64,000 nucleotides of DNA. Source: Eledone cirrhosa (lineage: Eukaryota). Shown one piece after another: positions 52,791 to 64,000 of the stretch. The notes below the pieces were generated by a model that did not search any database, was not told where the DNA came from, and worked only from the letters and a program-made list of their open reading frames with translations. The position numbers and the translations under genes were made by a program. The stretch covers positions 3,844,001 through 3,908,000 of the forward strand of contig OZ024750.1 in NCBI GenBank assembly GCA_964016885.1, in the 5' to 3' direction. Each line of letters begins with the position of its first letter. The first letter of the stretch is position 1.

Positions 52791-55700
52791 TGTAGAGTCT
52801 GTCACCCTCTCCCTTCCTCCTCTCTTTCTTCCTTACCTAACAGTCCTTGCTCTTTCCCTCCCTTTCTTCTCATTTATGGCATTTATAGTCCTTTACTTTT
52901 CTTGCCTATACAGCCAGATCTGTCCTTCTTTACCTCTTCCCCCGTTTTTCATGCATCTATTTGTATATGCCATAGGTTTTATTTTTCATCTTTTGAAATT
53001 ACTTGTTCCCAACCCATATCCTATTTTCAGCATATAAAACAATGCTCTATGCAAAATTTAAGCTCATAGTACCTCAAAAGCTCTAAAGTTTAAAATTTCA
53101 TCGTGTATTATGGAATTGGGAGCAAAGCAAGCAGAAAATGGTGAAGTTTTCTTGATGGTAGTTCCCCTTACAGAGAAATCTGAATTATTTGCCTTTAAAA
53201 ATAAAGTAAAGCAGTTTGTTTTCATAATTTTACACCAGTGGAAAAAAAAACAAAAAAAAAAATCGAATTTCAAAGTCCACCCATTTTCCTTGAGTCAACT
53301 CCAGGTCTTTAGGTCCACTTGTGGGCTTAAGGTCTCACGTTGACAATCTGTGTTCTGTCCGGCGTTCTAACGACTCTACCAACTCACCGCCCTCTCAGTA
53401 TTAATTCATGTTTTTCTCTTACTGTCTTCCTTCCAAACTATTATGATAGCCATGAGTTCAAATCCCGCCGAGGTTTACTTTGCCTTTCATCCTTACGGGG
53501 TCGATAAAATAAAGTACCAGTAATGTACTGGATAATTGCTGGCCTTGTGCCTAAAGTAGAAACAACTATGATAGCCATGTCCGGTAGTATACTCCCGTCT
53601 CGTCCTCCAATCTGAGTGTTTATTTTATATTTCATTTCCACCAGTTAAAAGCAACGATAAAAAGACGGATGTGTTACAAATTTCAGCAGCTCGTCTCTAC
53701 TTTTCCCCCATCCTCAGTATTTCTGACTCCAACTCGTCTTCACATCCCCCAGAGGTTCGTCAGAATCCACCCAAGATATGTGGTAAACCACGACATAGAT
53801 TGATGGTTCAGTCGACATATACAACCGACTAAAAACAACAACAAAACAAACTAATAAATAAAAACGTACATTCAGCACTATGATATTTACGTTTGTGTGA
53901 AGTAGAGTGGTTTAGTGGTTACGGTATTCGGTTCATAAGCGTAAGGTCGTAAGTTCGATTCCCAGCGGCGCGTTTTGTCCTTGAGCAAGACACTTTATTC
54001 ACGTTGCTCCTGTCCACTGGCAAAAATGACCGAAGGGGGTCTTTACCCTTTACCCTAGTGTTTCTCTTTATTTACTTCCATATTCTTTACCTCTTTATCT
54101 CACTCCAACCCTTTCTGTCTATTAACCTATCTACAACACTCTTTCTCTCTGCATTATACTTCAATGTTAATAGACAGAGACAGACTATAAGCTCAAATTT
54201 ATGCCCAATTAATCATTGGACAACAACAACGTTAAAACTATAGATGTGTGAAATTCACAGTTCACACATCTGTAGTTTTAACTGTCTTTCTACGAGATTA
54301 AATTTTATAGAAGTTTTCTCGCTTATTTTAATGATAGGGTTCCCTCAGTCCTATCATTAAAAATCAAAATAAAATGAAGCATCTTACTTAAGGACGCTAT
54401 CTGTTACCCAATCCAAGAATCGAACCCACGACCTTATATATATTCACATTAAATTATTCCGTGAAATCCTCCTATTCATGATTAAGTCCCTAAACTTTCT
54501 CTAACACCGGCTAATTGAAAATACGTACCAGATGAACTTTGTCTTTCATCCTTTACAGGGTCGATAAAGTACTAGCCATGGTTATGAGGAATTGGTGGAG
54601 TTGTTGGAGGTTGAGTGGAGATGCTTTGTGGTGTCATCTGTTCTAGCTCTTTGTATGTGATGACAACGCATGTGATGACATTAGTGCCAAGCTGTATTGA
54701 CCCTTGACCTTTATCACATGGACAGCAGTAGTGGTGTAGAGAGCAAAGACTTGCAAGTATGGATAACTGTAGCTTTTTCATAAACCAATACATACTATGT
54801 GTTCTCACCGAGGTCAACTTTGTCTTTTCTTCCTTTTCAGGTTAATAAACTTTGTCTTGATAACTGTAGCTCTTTCATAAAAAAGAATCCTTGACCAAAC
54901 CTTCACCTTAGAGAAGGAATTTTCAGGTGAAGACTGCTGGTGCCATGTGACATATACTTATATATTTAATATAATTGAATATAAAAGAGAGATATACACA
55001 GATATATACATATGTGTTTAAATCGCTAGGGTGAAAAAATACTAACAATGAACAATAGGATTTGCCAGACTGGTCCCTTACGATTTGAACACACATATGT
55101 ATATATCTGTATTTATCTCTTTTTTATATTCAATTATACTACACGACCCGGAAAAATCTCTTTCCTTGACCTATTTAATTGTAAGAGACTATTTTGAGTT
55201 TCTAACTCATACCTTTGATATATATATTTATGAAGGTTTAAGTGTTGTTTAGAATATAGTTTTTGTTTCACCATCGATTTTTTTTTTGTCATATATTTCT
55301 TGGCTTATATACGAGCATATATGATAACTGGTGTGTGGGGGTGGCATGGATGTGGGCGGCTAGAAGGTTAGGAATTTCATTTTGTCATCAAGAGGTCTTG
55401 GGTTTGATCATGGGGGCATGGTATTTTGGGCAAATATCTTTTATAATAACTATGGGTCAACCTGAAATATATGAGTGAAATTTGGTAGACATAAACTGTG
55501 TGGAAGCCCATCAAAGTGATTGTAGATATAATTCATGAGTGTCAGCAATAGCTGGAGGTTTACCCCTGTGAAAGATTGGCGTCCTGTCCGGGGTGGGGGG
55601 GAGTCTTGAACTCTCAGTCACTTCACGCCATGAAACTGGGATAAGCACCAGCCTAACGAGCTTAAGACAGACTTTAGATTAAATCTTTTAGTATATGTTA

Positions 55701-57277
55701 TATAATATAATCTTTAGGTATTGCTATATAAGACATTGTTCAAATAATGGTTTCTGATTTAGGCACAAGGCCAGCAATTTGAAGGGGAGGGAAAATCAAT
55801 TAGGTTGACCCCAGTGCGTTACTGGTGCTTTACTTTATCAACCTCGTAAGAATGAAAGGCAAAGCTAACCACAATGGTATTTGAACTCAGAACATAAAGG
55901 GCTGTAACTCTATGCCACAAAGCATGGTTGTCTACTGTTCTACCAATACTGCAATCCAGTCACATTGTTCAAATAATAATATTCAACTTTGACATCACCA
56001 TATGTAAAATAGAATACCAATAATCAATTGGCACTTATTCCAGTGAGTCTCTATATAGTTTTCTAACTTACTAGAAATAGCAGAAAATTATCCTCAAAAT
56101 CATACCCTATTGTTTTAGATAAAGAAAGACAAATTAGATAAACAAACAAAATAAAAACAACAACAACATTAAAAGCAGTCAATTAAAATTAAATAAAAAA
56201 ATAAGTCTGAATTCAGAAATAATACAAAATTTTACAAATTTTAGTTATTTGACGATGAATTTAACAGTGAGATAAGTTTTGCTTCATTTTATTTATATTA
56301 TTATTATTATCATTATTATTATTATTAATTATATTACATGATATTTTTAACAACACATTATATATATATATATATATAAATATATATATATATTTAGTTT
56401 AACAACTTGAAAACTTGCCAAGAAGTTAGCAAGCTTGAAGAAAAGATATGATTTTTCTCTCGTTTTATTATTTTTTAAAAATCTTTGAATCATCACATAT
56501 AAAAGGAAATGATGAAGAGAGAGAAAGGTAGAGAAACAGAGAGAGTGTGTGTGTGTGAGAGAGAGAGAGTGGGTGTGTGAGAGGGAGAGAGAGAGTGTGT
56601 GTGTGTAAGAGACAGAGTGAGTGTGTGTGTGTGTGTGTATGAGAGAGAGAGAGATAGATAGAAAATGGAGAGAGAGAGAAGTAGATAGAAGTAGAGAGAG
56701 AGAGATCTCTCTCTCCTTGTGTGTGTGAGAGAGAGAGAGAGAGAATGGAGAGAGAGTGTGAGGGCGAGAGAATGGAGAGAGGGAGAGAGAGAAAGAGAGA
56801 GAAAATGAAGAAAGAGAGTTAGAGCAAGTAAAAGAGTAAAAAAAAAATGTAAAGCAAGTAGTAGTATTTAAGAAATGTGTCTATTTAGTGACAATAACTA
56901 TATTACAATCTGGCAGCATCAAAGCCAGAATAGGGTGCTTTAATCACAACAGCTAGACATAGTAGTTGGTATAGTAAGTTAGGCAATGTGTGCGGGCACT
57001 TTCACATGTAACATGGCTAGCAAGCTGGACACAGTAAATATCAGGCACAAATCTTGCACGCAACAGGAAACGCTACAGAATGCCTAGAATGGTTCTGGAC
57101 TGAAGAAGGGGAAATATATATATATTTAATATATATATATATATTATATTATATATGTATATGTATATAACTATATATATATATATATATATATTATATA
57201 TTATATTATATATGTATATAACTATATATATATATATATATATTATATATTATATTATATATGTATATGTATATAAC

Positions 57278-57308
<31 letters not shown>

Positions 57309-57678
57309 TATACATATATACAAGGGCGGTGCCCCAGCATGGCCTCAGCCGGATGGCTGAAACAGGTAAAAGAGAATATACTAAATATATATATACAGTT
57401 ATATACATATACATATATAATATATATATATATATATATAGTTATATACATATATCTATATATAATATATATATATATAATATATATAGTTATATACATA
57501 TACATATATATATATATAATATATACATATATAGTTTTATATATATATATATATATAATATATATATATATATATAGTTATATACATATATATATATATA
57601 ATATATATATATACATATATATATATATAATATATATATATATATATAGTTATATATATAATCAATACTATATATATA

Positions 57679-57719
<41 letters not shown>

Positions 57720-57728
57720 ATATATATA

Positions 57729-57779
<51 letters not shown>

Positions 57780-58231
57780 TTTTATATATATATATATATT
57801 TAAATATATATATAATCAATACTTATATATATATATAGATTTTATATATATATATATTTAAATATATATATAATCAATACTTATATATATATATAGATAT
57901 TTTATATATATATATATTGATTTAATATATATATATATATATAGATTTAATATATATATATGTATAATGATTTAATATATATATATATATATATTTAATA
58001 TATATATATAATATATATATATATATAGATTTAATATATATATATAGATTTAATATATATATAGATTTAATATATATATATATAGATTTAATATATATAT
58101 ATATAGATTTAATATATATATATATAGATTTAATATATATATAGATTTAATATATATATATATAGATTTAATATATATATATATAGATTTAATATATATA
58201 TATATATATATTTAATATATATATATATATA

Positions 58232-58262
<31 letters not shown>

Positions 58263-58944
58263 GATTTAATATATATATATAGATTTAATATATATATAGA
58301 TTTAATATGTATATATATAGATTTAATATATATATATATAGATTTAATATATATATATATAGATTTAATATATATATAGATTTAATATATATATATATAG
58401 ATTTAATATATATATATATATATATTTAATATATATATATATATATTTAATATATATATATATATATATATGTATATTTAATATATATATATATATATTT
58501 AATATATATATATATATATTTAATATATATATATATATATATATTTAATATATATATATATATATATTTAATATATATATATATATATATATTTAATATA
58601 TATATATATATATATATATATTTAATATATATATATATATATTTAATATATATATATATATATATATTTAATATATATATATATATATTTAATATATATA
58701 TATTTAATATATATATATATTTAATATATATATATATATTTAATATATATATATATTTAATATATATATATATATTTAATATATATATATATATTTAATA
58801 TATATATATATATATTTAATATATATATATTTAATATATATATTTAATATATATATATATATGTTTAATATATATATTTTATATATATATATTTAATATA
58901 TATATATATATTTATATATATATATATATATATATTTAATATTT

Positions 58945-59001
<57 letters not shown>

Positions 59002-59091
59002 ATATATATATATATATATTTAATATATATATATATATATTTAATATATATATATATATATATTTAATATATATATATATATATATTTTAT

Positions 59092-59124
<33 letters not shown>

Positions 59125-59167
59125 TTAATATATATATATATATTTAATATATATATATATATTTTAT

Positions 59168-59202
<35 letters not shown>

Positions 59203-59226
59203 TTAATATATATATATATATTTTAT

Positions 59227-59293
<67 letters not shown>

Positions 59294-59295
59294 AT

Positions 59296-59329
<34 letters not shown>

Positions 59330-59554
59330 ATATATATATATAATATATATATATATATAATATATATATATATTTAATATATATATATATTTAATATATA
59401 TATATATTTAATATATATATATATATAATATATATATATATATAATATATATATATATTTAATATATATATATATTTAATATATATATATATTTAATATA
59501 TATATATATATATATATATATTTAATATATATATATATATATATAATATATATA

Positions 59555-59593
<39 letters not shown>

Positions 59594-59837
59594 ATATATA
59601 TATATATATATATAATATATATATATATATAATATATAATATATATAATATATATATATATATATAATATATATATATATAATATATATATATATATATA
59701 ATATATATATAATATATATATATATTTAATATATATATATATATATTTAATATATATATATATATATATTTAATATATATATATATATATATTTAATATA
59801 TATATATATATATATATTTAATATATATATATATATA

Positions 59838-59886
<49 letters not shown>

Positions 59887-60005
59887 TATTTAATATATAT
59901 ATATATATATAAATGAAGTAATTCCGTCGGAAAAGTCCAGGAAAAAAGAGTGCTCTATGTAGGTAACAGAGCTTAATAGTTATGTAATAAACAACATAAG
60001 GCAAT

Positions 60006-60069
60006 TATTCCATTTACCAGTGGTTTCTTAAAAGCAAAAGATTTTGCTTTCAATCCTCAGAATGAAAAA
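60006..60069 (-). ncRNA. Type I hammerhead ribozyme motif (Penelope-like pLTR/retrozyme type)
   Basis: Minus strand reads ttttcatt-CTGAGGA-ttgaaagcaaa atct tttgcttttaa-GAAA-cca c tg-GTA-aatggaa. This gives a 7-bp stem I, an 11-bp stem II, a short near-palindromic stem III and a GUA cleavage triplet. Confidence 0.7.
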
Positions 60070-60130
60070 ATCCTGGTCTGTTTATTGAATTTGGATTTTA
60101 AATCCAAATTCAATAAACAGACCAGGATTT

Positions 60131-60192
60131 ATTGATTCTGAGGATTGAAAGCAAAATCTTCTGCTTTTAAGAAACCACTGGTAAATGGAATA
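60131..60192 (+). ncRNA. Second, inverted copy of the hammerhead motif
   Basis: CTGAGGA 60138-60144, stem II 60145-60170, GAAA 60171-60174, GTA 60181-60183. Stem I is weakened by a mismatch. Confidence 0.55.
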
Positions 60193-60277
60193 ATTGCCTT
60201 ATGTTGTTTATTACATAACTATATATATATATATATTTAATATATATATATATATATATATATATTTAATATATATA

Positions 60278-60314
<37 letters not shown>

Positions 60315-61339
60315 ATATATATATATATTTAAGCATTCTTCAGAGTTCATAACGAAGGTTTTAATATGGGATCACCATGGTTAATATATACATCCTCATA
60401 CTTTTGATTTAGTCACTCATATAATTTGATATCTCCACACAAAACACCCACTCCACTCTTCATATGTGCAAATATATTCATTCATGCAAATATATACATA
60501 TATTGGATCATTATTGTACACAATTAGGCATGGACACACACATATACATTCATAGACACACACACATATATACATACATACATATATATACATACATACA
60601 TACATATATATATATACATGTACATGTATATATATGTATGTATATATATATATATATAGCTGTATATATATATAGGTGTATATATATAGGTATGTATATA
60701 TATATAGGTTTGGTATAGAGTTGGTATAAATTAGGAAACCATACTTGAGGATGTGCATTTCACTGGATGTATTTTCAAGCCACATATGGTTGCAGTGTTT
60801 TGTTCTCACTGCAGCCATACGTGGCTTGAAAATACATCTCGTTTGCTAATTTGTTGTGGGACTAACTTTATACTGAACTCATTCTTTGGACTGAGTGTTC
60901 TACCAACCACACTTATATATATATTAGTTATATATGTATTAGATATATATATATATATATTAGATATATATATGTATATATATATTAGATATATATATAT
61001 AAGATATATATATATATACATTATATATATTATATATATATATATATATAAGATATATATATATATACATTATATATATTATATATATATATATATTAGA
61101 TATATATATATATATATATTAGATATATATATATATACATTATATATATTATATATATAGATATATTAGATATATATATATATATATTAGATAGATATAT
61201 ATATATTAGATATATATATATATATATATTAGATATATATATATATATATATTAGATATATATATATATATATATTAGATATATATATATATATAAGATA
61301 TATATATATATATATATTAGATATATATATATATATTAG

Positions 61340-61371
<32 letters not shown>

Positions 61372-61543
61372 TATATATATATATTAGATATATATATATA
61401 TATTAGATATATATATATATATTAGATATATATATATATAAGATATATATATATATATATTAGATATATATATATATTAAATATATATATATATTAAATA
61501 TATATATATATATATTAAATATATATATATATATATATATTAG

Positions 61544-61577
<34 letters not shown>

Positions 61578-61787
61578 AGATATATATATATTATATATAT
61601 ATATATATATATATTAGATATATATATATATATATATTAGATATATATATATATATATTAGATATATATATATATTATATATATATATATTATATATATA
61701 TATTAGATATATATATATATATATTAGATATATATATATTATATATATATATATTATATATATATATTAGATATATATATATATATT

Positions 61788-61836
<49 letters not shown>

Positions 61837-61889
61837 TATATATATTAAATATATATATATATATATATGATATATATATATATATATAT

Positions 61890-61924
<35 letters not shown>

Positions 61925-61933
61925 TATATATAT

Positions 61934-61969
<36 letters not shown>

Positions 61970-61978
61970 TATATATAT

Positions 61979-62024
<46 letters not shown>

Positions 62025-64000
62025 TATATATATATATATATATATATATAGATATATATATTAAATATATATATATAGATATATATATTAAATATATATA
62101 TATATATAGATATATATATTAAATATATATATATATATATAGATATATATATTAAATATATATATATATATAGATATATATATTAAATATATATATATAT
62201 ATATTAGATATATATATTAAATATATATATTATATATATATTAGATATATATATTAAATATATATATTATATATATATTAGATATATATATTAAATATAT
62301 ATATTATATATATATTAGATATATATATTAAATATATATATTATATATATATTAGATATATATATTAGATATATATATTAAATATATATTAGATATATAT
62401 ATTAAATATATATATTATATATATATTAGATATATATATTAGATATATATATTAAATATATATATAATAGATATATATATATTATATATATATTAGATAT
62501 ATATATTAAATATATATATAATAGATATATATATTAAATATATATATATATATTAGATATATATATTAAATAGATATATAATAGATATATATATTATATA
62601 TATGTACATATATATTACATATATGTACTACATATATATGTAATATATATATATGTATATTACATATATATGTAATAAATATAAGTATATTACATATATA
62701 TATATATTATGTATATTACATATATATATATATATTATGTATATTACATATATATGTATTACATATAATATGTAATATATATATATATATATATTACATA
62801 TATTTATGTATATTATATATATATTACATATATATATATATTACATATATGTTATATATATATATGTTATATATATATATGTTATACATATTTGTTATAT
62901 ATATAACATATATATATATGTTATATATATATATTACATATATATATATATATATTACATATATATATATTATATATATATATATATTACTTATATATAT
63001 ATATATTACTTATATATATATATATTACTTATATATATATATATTACTTATATATATATATATTACATATATATATATATATATTACTTATATATATATA
63101 TATTACTTATATATATATATATTACTTATATATATAAATATTACTTATATATATATATATTACTTATATATATATATATATTACATATATATATATATTA
63201 CATATATATATATATATTACATATATATATATATATATTACATATATATATATATTACATATATATGTATATATATTACATATATATGTAACATATATAC
63301 ATACATTTATGAAATCAGTCATAAGCAAGAGATATTTGATCATAGAACTATATGCACGCTTACATAAAAACAGAAAAGAAATATATACACATGTACACAC
63401 TTATGAGAAACAGCTGTGTCCATAAAGATAAACACTAAAGGGTTGAGAGGTAGGGGTAAAAAAAAATATCAACCCTCCCGATCCCAGACAGAAAAAAAAG
63501 TGTAGAAAAATACAAACAAAAAATGGTTTAGTTATAGTAAAAGGGAGAAAAGACAGCCTGTATGAATGAAAACCTTCAGGTCTCAAATTATAGAAAAAGA
63601 ATGAGATGGAATTTATGGGTGGACATAACAAAAAAACAACAACAAAGAATGAAAACAAAAGAAAATACAAAAACCAAGTGGAAGATAATAGAATGGAGGC
63701 CAGAGAGTTTAAGATACGTTGTCAGATGTTTGATGAGTAAGATATACAATGAATATGATTGTTTTTACTGAGGATAAAGAAAGGATTTTTGCATATAGTG
63801 GTAGATCTTCAAAACATGAGAATGAGTACTGAAACAAAAAAAAAAAAAAAAAAAAAAACTAAAGGGAGAGAACTATGAATAAAGAGAGTGATTTTGGAGA
63901 AGAGTACTGGAAGAGTATAGAGTAAAAGATAGAATATTTTAAGAAGTAGACTTAAAATGACACACTTGTAAAGAAAGGAACTATACAAGACCTTTTTGAA

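Larger units (their letters stand above)
59913..60222 (-). mobile_element. Penelope-like pLTR remnant with inverted duplication, embedded in (TA)n
   Basis: Near-perfect inverted repeat with arms of about 123 bp (59976-60098 / 60100-60222) plus a unique tail at 59913-59975. Flanked by (TA)n on both sides and contains hammerhead cores. Confidence 0.55.
57110..63300. repeat. Degenerate (TA)n field of about 6 kb with short non-TA islands
   Basis: Successive variant blocks (AGATTTAAT, ATTTAAT, ATTAGAT, ATTAAAT, ATTACAT, ATTACTT) in (TA)n. Confidence 0.95.

Noticed and set aside
57095-57115. CTGAAGA-AGGG-GAAA next to the TA field
   Set aside because: No stem II or cleavage triplet; too short to support a call.

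Overview
AT-rich, microsatellite-laden eukaryotic DNA. The SINE, MITE and LINE content looks like an octopus (cephalopod) genome; that assignment is an inference. Most ORFs in the supplied track are microsatellite or repeat artefacts. Genes read by hand from GT-AG exon chains: a divergent Tctex-1/DYNLT dynein light chain (+, 5 exons, 2564-5489, 159 aa), RCE1 CAAX protease with an intronless CDS (-, 13620-14492), tRNA-Gly(GCC) (-, 19365-19435), and SYF2 (+, 7 exons, 19741-24310, 238 aa) head-to-head with the tRNA. The rest is tRNA-derived SINEs, Tc1/mariner-type MITEs, CRE/RTE/CR1/RLE-LINE remnants, minisatellites and a long (TA)n field. The most interesting signals are three. (1) Short asymmetric fold-back islands in (TA)n tracts carry hammerhead-ribozyme cores, consistent with Penelope-like pLTR or retrozyme remnants; the one at about 60 kb has a complete core. 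(2) A hAT-type element carries two convergent tRNA-like Pol III cassettes. (3) A 48-bp minisatellite reads as a PPxY/YxxL array.
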